This document shows, in pieces, positions 28,901 to 37,398 of a stretch of 64,000 bases of DNA (position 1 is its first letter; each line of letters opens with the position of its first letter). This DNA comes from Candidatus Levybacteria bacterium RIFCSPHIGHO2_01_FULL_36_15b (GTDB lineage: Bacteria; Patescibacteriota; Microgenomatia; Levybacterales; UBA12049), in assembly GCA_001782045.1 (NCBI GenBank), contig MFNK01000012.1:21753-85752 (forward strand), in the 5' to 3' direction. Under the pieces are notes generated by a model, which did not search any database, was not told the origin of the DNA, and was given only the letters and a program-made list of their open reading frames with translations. Made by a program: the position numbers and the translations under genes.

Positions 28901-29449
28901 CTAAGATCTGGTGGACCAAATTACTTCTTTCTTTTTATCTTTTTTGTTAATAAATCGGGCATACACAAATAAAACGTCAGAAAGTCTATTGAGATAAATC
29001 AGTGTTTGAGGATTAACTTTTTCTTTTTCAGAAAGCTCTACAGTTTTTCTTTCAGCTCTTCTTGCAAGGGTACGGGCGTAATGTAGGTGGGATCCCGAGA
29101 CCGATCCTCCGGGAAGAATAAAGTTTTCTAGTTCTGGCAATTTTTTTGAGAGGTTATCGATTTGATATTCGAACTCTTCTGTTCTTTTAAACAAATATTT
29201 TCCCATTTCTTTAAATTTGCCAGTCGATGGGTTAGCAAGAAACGCTCCTATTTCAAAAAGATCATTCTGGATTCTTATTAGTTCTTTTTTAATTTCTTGA
29301 GGAAGTTTGTAGGAAAGCACAATGCCTAAATAACTATTGAGCTCGTCTAAGGTGCCGTATGTATTGACCCTAAGACTTGCTTTAGAAACGGTTTTACCTC
29401 CGTACAGAGATGTTTTTCCTTTGTCTCCAAATTTTGTATAAATTGACAT
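28901..29449 (-). CDS. PduO-type ATP:cob(I)alamin adenosyltransferase (start taken at MSIYTKFGDKG)
   Basis: MSIYTKFGDKGKTSLYGGKTVSKASLRVNTYGTLDELNS is the canonical PduO/MMAB N-terminus. The 41-codon upstream extension of the ORF is probably not translated. Confidence 0.7.
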   Translation of the reverse strand: MSIYTKFGDKGKTSLYGGKTVSKASLRVNTYGTLDELNSYLGIVLSYKLPQEIKKELIRIQNDLFEIGAFLANPSTGKFKEMGKYLFKRTEEFEYQIDNLSKKLPELENFILPGGSVSGSHLHYARTLARRAERKTVELSEKEKVNPQTLIYLNRLSDVLFVYARFINKKDKKKEVIWSTRS

Positions 29450-29473
29450 AATTTCCAAATAAAAAAGTCCTCT
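29443..29473 (-). terminator. Intrinsic-terminator-like hairpin (AGTCCTCT-ACG-AGAGGACT) followed by a T-run, immediately 5' of the adenosyltransferase ATG
   Basis: Read directly from the sequence. On the minus strand it reads ...GCAGTCCTCTCGTAGAGGACTTTTTTATTTGGAAATTATG. Confidence 0.5.
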
Positions 29474-29649
29474 ACGAGAGGACTGCGGCTGCCCTGCTCG
29501 GAGCTTAAATTTTGTATCGTTTTCTGGATATACAGTACCGGCAGTTCCGCCGACTTTCACGGCGATTTCCAATACAAAGTTTTAAATTTTATTTAATTAG
29601 GACATTCGGCTGAGCTCAGTCGAAGCCAAAGTTGGACAAGTCATATTTA

Positions 29650-32094
29650 TTAACACTCTGAATAGCCACAGGCATAACATTTTTTACAACCTTCTTCATA
29701 TGCCAGAGATGCTGCACCGCAATCAGGACAAATATCATAAAGTCCGGTTGAAGCTGCAGACGTTGAAAGCTCATTTGATGGAGTAGGAGCAAGAGTAAGC
29801 TGCTCCAGTTTTACTACATCATCTTTTACTTCTACTATAATATCCGCAGCTTTTGGAAGGTGTGAATTTGCTTTCCCGTTTAGAGCCCCATTTCCGTTTG
29901 AATGCCCATTAGAAAGCCCATTTGTAATAATTTTTTTATCCTCTACAATTCCGTTAACTCTAAATTCGAAATGCCTGGATAGTATTTTTGCAACCGCATC
30001 AGGAAGAGAGCGCACCCTATTTTCTCCGAAACCAACACTTCTTGCTCCCCCAATTCCTATTAATTGCGCAACAACTTGTCTAATTCGCTCGCGTGGCGCC
30101 AGCATTCCATTTAGCCTTAAGTTTAACGAGATCATTCTTCCCAATGCGTCTGCCATTGCTGCAACATCACTTCCTGATTTTCCTACCGTTATAAATACTT
30201 CGAAAGGCTCTTTACTTGTATCGTGGTTAATTGTTATGTAAGTTTTGCCAACAGGTGTCTCTGTTCCGTATGTTACTCCCTCAACCACCATTGGTCTTGG
30301 AATAACCGGAACTTGGGGTATTTGAACTATTTCTTCTTTTTTATCCTCTTTCTTGTCTTCTTTTCGCGATAGAACGCCCTCACGAGAACCATCTCTCATA
30401 TATGTTATTCCCTTTAATCCTGCATCATATGCCATACTATAGAGCCTTTTTACATCTTCGACGGTATGTGAATTGGGAGCATTAACAGTTTTTGATATTG
30501 AAGAATCTATATAATCTTGCGCTACAGCTTGAACTTTAACATGATCCTCGGGAGATAAATCGTTTGCAGACACAAAATAATCGGGTTTTTCCGCTTTTGG
30601 ATTTTCTTTTTTCCACTCTTCAAATAGAGGATGGTACATCATGTGTTCGCCAAGCCTATCTCGTCTTATAAACTCAAACTCATAAACCGGCTCGACTCCG
30701 GAGGAAACTCCAGAAATAAGCGATGTAGTTCCTGTTGGCGCAATAGTTAAGAGCACCGCATTTCTAATTCCCTGTTTTGCAATTTTCTTTTTTATATCTT
30801 CGGGTAGTTTTTGTATGTGAAATCCTTTTTGATATTTTTCTTTGTTATACTTTGGGAAACTTCCTTTCTCTAATGCTATGTCCGAGGAAGCAATATAAGC
30901 GTTATCTCTTAATGTTTTAAATATTTTCTCTATTACCGGCAGACTTTCTTCAGAACCATATCGTACTTTCATTTTTATCAAAGCGTCTGCAAGTCCAAGA
31001 ATTCCCAAACCGGTTCTTCTTATGTTTTTTGCAACCTTCTCATTTTCTTTATAAAAGTAATATGTTTCATCTATAACATTGTCCAAAAATCTCATTGCGA
31101 CTCTTACGTCTTTTCCAAAATTATCATAGTCAAATTCTCCTCTTTTGTTTACGTAAGCAGATAGATTCATCGCACCTAAATTACAAACTGCCCAGGGAGA
31201 AAGTGGCTGCTCGCCGCACGGATTAGTTGCTGAAAGTCTCTCAAAATACCAAGTATTACTCCTTTTGTTTGACCTATCCAAGAAGTGAAGCCCCGGCTCT
31301 GCGCTTTTCCATGCTGCCGTGCAAATCAAATCCCATAGATACCTTGCTTTTATGGTTTTATAAACCTTTAATTTCCCCCCCAATTTCTTCCATTCTTCGA
31401 TATCGCCCTTCCATTTTTTATCGTATTTTTTATCATCCAAATCAGGAAAAACTAAATCCCAATTCCCATCTTTTTTAACTGCCTCCATAAATGCGTCAGA
31501 CACGCAAACAGAAAGATTAGCGCCATTTATTTTATTTAAATCTTCTTTTACTGTTATAAACTCTTCTATGTCCGGATGCCAATCATGAAGCATTAACATC
31601 AAGGCGCCTCTTCTGCTTCCACCCTGCTGTACAATGTCTTTTGTTGCCAGGGAGTAAAGCTCTGCCCAGTTCATTGGACCCGAAGAGAATCCATTTACTT
31701 TTTTAACTCTTGCTCCTCTTGGCCGAAGCGAAGATAGATTAACTCCAACTCCTCCTGCTCTTGCCATAATTTCAATCATCTGGGTTAGATTTTCCATTAT
31801 TCCGCCCCTTGAGTCTGGGGGATTGGGAATAACAAAACAGTTAAAATAACTTACTTCAAAGCCGGTGCCTGCGCCTGATAATATTCTTCCGCCCGGTAAA
31901 AACTTGAAGTCGTACATTGCGTCATAAAATTTTTTCTCCCATTTTTTTCGGTCTTTTGGTTTTTCAACGCTGGCAATTGCCTTAGCTACTCTTTTCCACA
32001 TTTCATCGGGAGTTTTTTCCAGAGCGTTACCCGCTTGGTCTTTTAATGAATATCTATCTAAAAATACTTTTTGTCTTACACCGTCTAATTTCAT
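29650..32094 (-). CDS. nrdJ: Class II (adenosylcobalamin-dependent) ribonucleotide reductase
   Basis: 814 aa. The N-terminus ...VFLDRYSLKD... is NrdJ-like, and the C-terminal Cys cluster CPDCG...CKKCYACG is typical of monomeric class II RNR. Confidence 0.75.
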   Translation of the reverse strand: MKLDGVRQKVFLDRYSLKDQAGNALEKTPDEMWKRVAKAIASVEKPKDRKKWEKKFYDAMYDFKFLPGGRILSGAGTGFEVSYFNCFVIPNPPDSRGGIMENLTQMIEIMARAGGVGVNLSSLRPRGARVKKVNGFSSGPMNWAELYSLATKDIVQQGGSRRGALMLMLHDWHPDIEEFITVKEDLNKINGANLSVCVSDAFMEAVKKDGNWDLVFPDLDDKKYDKKWKGDIEEWKKLGGKLKVYKTIKARYLWDLICTAAWKSAEPGLHFLDRSNKRSNTWYFERLSATNPCGEQPLSPWAVCNLGAMNLSAYVNKRGEFDYDNFGKDVRVAMRFLDNVIDETYYFYKENEKVAKNIRRTGLGILGLADALIKMKVRYGSEESLPVIEKIFKTLRDNAYIASSDIALEKGSFPKYNKEKYQKGFHIQKLPEDIKKKIAKQGIRNAVLLTIAPTGTTSLISGVSSGVEPVYEFEFIRRDRLGEHMMYHPLFEEWKKENPKAEKPDYFVSANDLSPEDHVKVQAVAQDYIDSSISKTVNAPNSHTVEDVKRLYSMAYDAGLKGITYMRDGSREGVLSRKEDKKEDKKEEIVQIPQVPVIPRPMVVEGVTYGTETPVGKTYITINHDTSKEPFEVFITVGKSGSDVAAMADALGRMISLNLRLNGMLAPRERIRQVVAQLIGIGGARSVGFGENRVRSLPDAVAKILSRHFEFRVNGIVEDKKIITNGLSNGHSNGNGALNGKANSHLPKAADIIVEVKDDVVKLEQLTLAPTPSNELSTSAASTGLYDICPDCGAASLAYEEGCKKCYACGYSEC

Positions 32095-32098
32095 AGTA

Positions 32099-32548
32099 TT
32101 AATTAATTAGTCTTTTTACTTCTTTTTCAAAATCTTCAACATCTACAAAATTTTTAAAGACGCTTGAAAATCTTATATATGCTACTTTGTCCAGTTTTTT
32201 AAGTTTACCTGCTACCATATTTCCGATTTTCTTGCTTTCTACTTCTACTCCTGTTTCCCCTCTTAAGTCTCTTTCAATATCCGTAACTATTGCTTCTATT
32301 ACTTCAAGAGGAACTTTTGTCTTCTCGCAAGATCTTATTATTCCTCTTTTTAATTTATCTCTGTCAAACTGCTCTCTTCTTCCGTCTTTCTTAATTACTA
32401 TTAAATTTATGTTTTCAATTCGCTCGTATGTCGTAAACCTTTTAGTACAATGCCCACACTCTCTCCTTCTTCTTATGGTTTCCTCAGTATCGCTGTCTCT
32501 GGTTTCAACTACTTCTGTATCTGTTAATCCGCAATATGGACATTTCAT
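32099..32548 (-). CDS. nrdR: Transcriptional repressor NrdR
   Basis: N-terminal zinc ribbon MKCPYCG...CGHC followed by an ATP-cone. 149 aa. Confidence 0.85.
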   Translation of the reverse strand: MKCPYCGLTDTEVVETRDSDTEETIRRRRECGHCTKRFTTYERIENINLIVIKKDGRREQFDRDKLKRGIIRSCEKTKVPLEVIEAIVTDIERDLRGETGVEVESKKIGNMVAGKLKKLDKVAYIRFSSVFKNFVDVEDFEKEVKRLIN

Positions 32549-32757
32549 TTTTTAATCACTAGATATAGCGTTAGAAAAAGCATATGGCACTACATTTGCC
32601 CTGTCAACTATTAATATCTATATCAAATAATGTCAGTTTAATTTTTAGCCTCAAATTTTTATGTAAGAAAAACATTTTGCTAAAATAGCCGATTTTTTGT
32701 GGACAGTTTAAAATTGGGCGGATAAAAAAAATGTTCTAAAGAGGCAGTTTATACCAA

Positions 32758-33306
32758 TTAGTCAGACTTTATAATTTCCAGTCTTTCTTGAAAATCATGA
32801 GCTCTTGCTTCCTGAAATCTTAAATTTAAAAGCGAATCGCCTTTTTGTCCTTTTTGCATTTCCCTTATTACTAACTGGTGTTTTATCGATGAGGTAATCA
32901 TTCTATCTAAAAGTTGGTCTACCTTTTCCCCTTGTTTTTTCGCTTTAAAAATATTTGCAATTGCATCGTCAAAATAATTTCCGCTTTTTGAAAGAGTTGT
33001 AATACATAAATCATAATTTCCTTTCTTTAAAAGGGCATATGAGGCTCCAAGTCTTTTATCAGATTGCAGTAAATCAAATTCTGCTTTTTTCATTGGGTCT
33101 CTAATTAGAAATTTTAAAATGTTGTCTCTTATTGCTTTAAGATAATAAAGAGGATTGTCGGGCAAAAGTCCTGGATATGGCAGCTCGTATTCCACTTTGG
33201 GTATTGCAGAAGATGTTGAAATATTTTGTGCAAATGAGAAAGATGGAGCAAGTATTGTAAGAAGAACAATAAATAGAATTAAAACTGCGGTTCTCATTGA
33301 GGGCAT
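32758..33306 (-). CDS. Secreted hypothetical protein (signal peptide)
   Basis: N-terminus MRTAVLILFIVLLTILAPSFSFAQ. Confidence 0.45.
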   Translation of the reverse strand: MPSMRTAVLILFIVLLTILAPSFSFAQNISTSSAIPKVEYELPYPGLLPDNPLYYLKAIRDNILKFLIRDPMKKAEFDLLQSDKRLGASYALLKKGNYDLCITTLSKSGNYFDDAIANIFKAKKQGEKVDQLLDRMITSSIKHQLVIREMQKGQKGDSLLNLRFQEARAHDFQERLEIIKSD

Positions 33307-34382
33307 TATACACCCGAGGAATATTTTTTGCCAAGCATTAATACTTCCTCAACTAATCTGTTTGCATATCCATATTCGTTGTCATACCAAGCTATAACTT
33401 TTACCATATTTCCTATAACTTGCGTTAAAGATAAATCAACTATAGATGAATAGGGACTCCCGATAATATCGCTTGAGACTATTGGATCGTCTGTTACTGT
33501 TAGAATTCCTTCAAATGCTGCAAGTTTTGATGCATTTCGAAGCGCGCTGTTTACTTCTTCCTTTGTGGTTTCTTTTTTTAATATGAACGTGAAATCCGAA
33601 AGAGAGCCAACTGCAACGGGAACTCTTATTGCTAAACCATTAAATAAACCTTTAAGTTCCGGCAAAGCTTGCGTTGCTGCAATTGTTGCACCCGTTGATG
33701 TCGGGACTATATTTTGCGCTGCAGCACGTGAGCGTCTGTAATCTTTATGTCCTCCATCTTGCAACTCTTGATCTGAAGTATATCCATGAATTGTTGTCAT
33801 CATAGCCTTCTCTACTCCGAAAGTATCTACCATAACCTTAGCAACGGGTGTAATACAGTTTGTCGTGCAAGACGCATTGCTAATTGCATTTTCACCTTTA
33901 TAATCTTTGTCATTTACCGAAAGAACATATGTTGGGATGTTTCCTTCTTTAATTGGAGCTGATAAAACTACAGATTTAGCCCCTGCTCCTAAGTGTTTTT
34001 TTAAACCTTCCTCATCTGTAAAATGTCCTGTTGATTCAATTACTACATCTACATTTAAATCGCGCCAAGGCAAAAGGGTCGGGTCTTTCTGCGAAAAAAC
34101 AGGTATTTTTTTGCTATCCAAAAGTAAATAGCCAATTAAATCTTGATGGGGAGAATTTTCTCCTGCCTGCGCAGGCGGGTCTTTTTCCTGGTAAGAGACG
34201 TCCAGGGCATAAATGGGGCCATATGAAGTATCATACTTTAATAAATACATCCATCCTTTAATATCGGTTGAGTGCCCTGCATTAATTGCAACAACATCTA
34301 TTTTGTCGGAGTATTTTTCAAGTATTACTCTATGCGCTACTCTTCCTATTCTTCCATAGCCATTAATTGCTAACCGAATCAT
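33306..34382 (-). CDS. gap: Glyceraldehyde-3-phosphate dehydrogenase
   Basis: INGYGRIGR Rossmann motif and active-site ASCTTNC. Confidence 0.9.
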   Translation of the reverse strand: MIRLAINGYGRIGRVAHRVILEKYSDKIDVVAINAGHSTDIKGWMYLLKYDTSYGPIYALDVSYQEKDPPAQAGENSPHQDLIGYLLLDSKKIPVFSQKDPTLLPWRDLNVDVVIESTGHFTDEEGLKKHLGAGAKSVVLSAPIKEGNIPTYVLSVNDKDYKGENAISNASCTTNCITPVAKVMVDTFGVEKAMMTTIHGYTSDQELQDGGHKDYRRSRAAAQNIVPTSTGATIAATQALPELKGLFNGLAIRVPVAVGSLSDFTFILKKETTKEEVNSALRNASKLAAFEGILTVTDDPIVSSDIIGSPYSSIVDLSLTQVIGNMVKVIAWYDNEYGYANRLVEEVLMLGKKYSSGV

Positions 34383-34422
34383 ACAAATAGTATAACGAGA
34401 TTAAAAATTTGGAACAAGAGGA

Positions 34423-34851
34423 CTAACTATTATCTAATGTTGCCAATCTGTAACAAAGAGCAATCAGCTGTTCATTTTTTCTTACTGCCTGCTTTATGGA
34501 AAGAACTCTTAATCCATCAACCTTAATTGGAAACTCTTCAAGTCTAAATACTTCTTGTTCTTGCGGATCAATTGAAGTGTAAAGCCTTGGCCACCTTTCA
34601 TTTGGATTATCATGCAAAGACCAATGCTCATGAAGAAATAAGTCCATTGCATTTTCCACATTGCCTAAGTCTACCCTTCTAAATTTCTTTGGTAGAATCT
34701 TTAATTCTCCATTTCTTTTGGAAGTATCTGCGTAGAATAACAGCTTTGATCTATCAATTGATTTCTCTGTTTGCCTGATTGATGATTTAATCTCCAAATC
34801 AACCTGAATATTAAGAAGTTCTAAATTCATTTCGACTATTATACCGCCCAA
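34423..34851 (-). CDS. Hypothetical protein
   Basis: 142-aa ORF between gap and pgk, no recognised motif. Confidence 0.35.
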   Translation of the reverse strand: MGGIIVEMNLELLNIQVDLEIKSSIRQTEKSIDRSKLLFYADTSKRNGELKILPKKFRRVDLGNVENAMDLFLHEHWSLHDNPNERWPRLYTSIDPQEQEVFRLEEFPIKVDGLRVLSIKQAVRKNEQLIALCYRLATLDNS

Positions 34852-34868
34852 ACAGAAGATGTCAAATG

Positions 34869-35228
34869 TTATAAACGGCTAAGATATTCTTTATCTTGCA
34901 CGAAATACTTTATAGATTTTCTTTCTTCATCTTGTTCAAAAGTAAATATTAATTCAGGAAACCTTTTATTTACCAAAAATGCCGTTTTGAATAATCCTTC
35001 AATTAAATCTCCGCCATCGCGATTATGTTCTAAAATTAAACGGTAGAAGAAAGATTTTACTATTCTATTTGTTTCCGTTGGCAGAAAATTTGTTCTTTGG
35101 ATTGATTTAAGAACTACTGTCTCTGAAAATATGCCATTTGCTTTAGTAATTCTTTCTTTTAAATTTTGGCCTGCAATAGATAAATCTCTTTCTCTTTCAA
35201 TTTTTCTTGGGTCATATTCCTTATTCAT
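34869..35228 (-). CDS. Hypothetical protein
   Basis: 119-aa ORF between gap and pgk. Confidence 0.35.
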   Translation of the reverse strand: MNKEYDPRKIERERDLSIAGQNLKERITKANGIFSETVVLKSIQRTNFLPTETNRIVKSFFYRLILEHNRDGGDLIEGLFKTAFLVNKRFPELIFTFEQDEERKSIKYFVQDKEYLSRL

Positions 35229-35291
35229 GAGGAAATTGTAAACAAAAACTAAATAAAGATCTTTATATGTTTTTTATAGAATGTTTACAAT

Positions 35292-36362
35292 TTATACTGA
35301 AATAGCTTCTAGGCCTGGGAGTTTGGAGCCGGATAAAAATTCTAGCATTGCTCCGCCTCCTGTTGAAACAAAGGAGAATTTATCGAGAAGTCCTTCTTTT
35401 TTGCAAAACTCAATGGTTTCTCCTCCTCCAACTATTGTATATGCGTTTGAATTGGCTACTGCTTTTGCAATTTCTTTTGTACCCTTATCGAATCCTTTTT
35501 CAAATTCTCCCATTGGGCCGTTCCAAACAATTGTTTTTGAATTATTAATTACTTGAATAAAATTTTGTATTGAAACTTCGCTAATATCTTCGTTGTCCGA
35601 AGTTAAATCCGCAACAAGAAGAATTGATTTTTTATTCTCGAGTTTATCGTGTGCAACTTTTGCAAGCTCCCTTACGTGTTCTGCAATTTCTCCTCCTACC
35701 AAAACGTAATCTGCAAAGAAATGCATTTTTTCAACCAAAGGAAGTTTTGTTTCTATTTTAGCACCTCCTATTATAATAGTAAGCGGACGGTCTGGATTTT
35801 CTAAAATTTTTGAAAGCTCTTCCACTTCTTTTTGGAGCCTTAACCCGGCGAAGGAGGGAATAAATTTGGGTATTCCAACAATGGAGGCGTGTGGACGGTG
35901 AGATACAGCAAAAGCATCATTTACATAAATATCTGCAAGAGATGAGAGCTTCTTTGAAAATTCTTGTCCTGAGCTTGTCGAAGGATCCTCTTCCTCTTTA
36001 TAGAATCTTAAATTTTCAAGAAGTATTATTTTGTCCCCTATCTCGAATGCATCAAAATCTCCAACATTTATTTCTTTGAGTTCTGTTTCGAAATGTTTTG
36101 AGAACCATTCGGCAATAGGTTTTAAACTAAATTTTTCATCTTTTCCTTCCGGCCTTCCCAAGTGCCCAATGATTATAATTTTCTGAGCTTTGGTAAGAAG
36201 CAGATTTAAAGTTTCTAATGAACTTTCGAGTCTTGAGTCATCTATAATCTCCCCTTCTTCAACCGGAGTATCCAAATCTAGCCTAAGAAGAACTTTTTTT
36301 CCTTCTAAGTCCGCATCTTGAATTTTTTTTAAATTAATCATTAATCTGAAAATTCCTGACAA
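35292..36362 (-). CDS. pgk: Phosphoglycerate kinase
   Basis: Motifs IIGHLGRPEG, LENLRFYKEEE and STGGGA. Confidence 0.85.
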   Translation of the reverse strand: MSGIFRLMINLKKIQDADLEGKKVLLRLDLDTPVEEGEIIDDSRLESSLETLNLLLTKAQKIIIIGHLGRPEGKDEKFSLKPIAEWFSKHFETELKEINVGDFDAFEIGDKIILLENLRFYKEEEDPSTSSGQEFSKKLSSLADIYVNDAFAVSHRPHASIVGIPKFIPSFAGLRLQKEVEELSKILENPDRPLTIIIGGAKIETKLPLVEKMHFFADYVLVGGEIAEHVRELAKVAHDKLENKKSILLVADLTSDNEDISEVSIQNFIQVINNSKTIVWNGPMGEFEKGFDKGTKEIAKAVANSNAYTIVGGGETIEFCKKEGLLDKFSFVSTGGGAMLEFLSGSKLPGLEAISV

Positions 36363-37339
36363 AACATTTCTCCGTAAATTCCACCATCTATAACTCCAAT
36401 CCCCACTTTTCCAAAGTCCTTCCCTAAAATATTTGCTTTGTGACCTGGAGACTGCATTAATCCTTTCATTGCCAAATCCGTATTAGGAGCCAACGCCAGA
36501 TTTTCTCCCGCGTAGTTAAATTCGACATTCGCAGCAACCATTCTGTCAAAGGGCGAAAGCCCTTCCAGCGTATAATGGGAAAAGTATCCTCTTATAAACA
36601 TATCGCTGCAATGTGCACGCCCTACTTTTGCCAATTCCTCTGAAAAAGAGAGGGTAGAAAGCCCACTTGAGGCTCTTTCTGCATTTACTTTCGCAAACAT
36701 ATCCTGTTCAGCCGCATTATCTACACTTATATTGCTGGTTTTAAAATTTAGGCCAACAGTTTGGTTTGATTGGGGCTCAACTGTTAAAAAAGAAAGCGTA
36801 TCGTTAACTGCACCGCCAAAGACTTGATTAAGGCTTCGGGAGAAAACTTGAGTATTGGCAACTAAAACGCTACCAATTCTTGACTCTGTAACGCTTTTCT
36901 TTAAGTAAACTGAAAAAGGAAGCGCAATAATAAGGCTTAAAATAAAAGCGGACAAAACTAAACCCGAAAGTATTCCAGGAATAAGACCGAGTATTTTTTC
37001 AAGCGGTAATAATTGCTGGAATTTGGGATTTGATTTCATAAAAAGAGGCAGTGTATAAAAAATTTTCTTAAAAATAACACTAAAGATAATTTCAAAAATT
37101 ATTGCTGCTGCCAAAAATCCTACTGCGTTTGAAAATCCTTGCGGCATGCTAAATATTTGGACAAGGAGTGCAGCAATTTTACTATAAATTGCAAGTCCGA
37201 AAACAAAAGAAAGTACAAAACTCATAAAGTCAACTAGTGCTGCAAAAAAACCCAAGAAGTAACCCTCTACCATATAAATCGTTACTATAATAAGTAAAAT
37301 AAAGTCGATCCAATTGAGGCCAAATAAATTAATGTCCAC
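36341..37339 (-). CDS. CvpA-like membrane domain fused to a CAP/SCP (PR-1-like) extracellular domain
   Basis: N-terminal polytopic TM region. The C-terminal block HCSDMFIRGYFSHYT...GHKANIL is CAP-domain-like. Confidence 0.5.
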   Translation of the reverse strand: MDINLFGLNWIDFILLIIVTIYMVEGYFLGFFAALVDFMSFVLSFVFGLAIYSKIAALLVQIFSMPQGFSNAVGFLAAAIIFEIIFSVIFKKIFYTLPLFMKSNPKFQQLLPLEKILGLIPGILSGLVLSAFILSLIIALPFSVYLKKSVTESRIGSVLVANTQVFSRSLNQVFGGAVNDTLSFLTVEPQSNQTVGLNFKTSNISVDNAAEQDMFAKVNAERASSGLSTLSFSEELAKVGRAHCSDMFIRGYFSHYTLEGLSPFDRMVAANVEFNYAGENLALAPNTDLAMKGLMQSPGHKANILGKDFGKVGIGVIDGGIYGEMFCQEFSD

Positions 37340-37398
37340 ATAAAGATTATATTAAATCCGAACGATTTATTAAAGATTAATATGATATTATTGTAGAA

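Noticed and set aside
29450-29649. Adenosylcobalamin riboswitch call
   Set aside because: The position is right, between a B12-dependent RNR and a cobalamin adenosyltransferase with a terminator abutting the ATG. But my manual B12-box match (AGTCGGCGGAACTGCC) fits only about 11 of 16 consensus positions and I see no GCCACUG element. I kept it as an unexplained structured leader, not a riboswitch feature.
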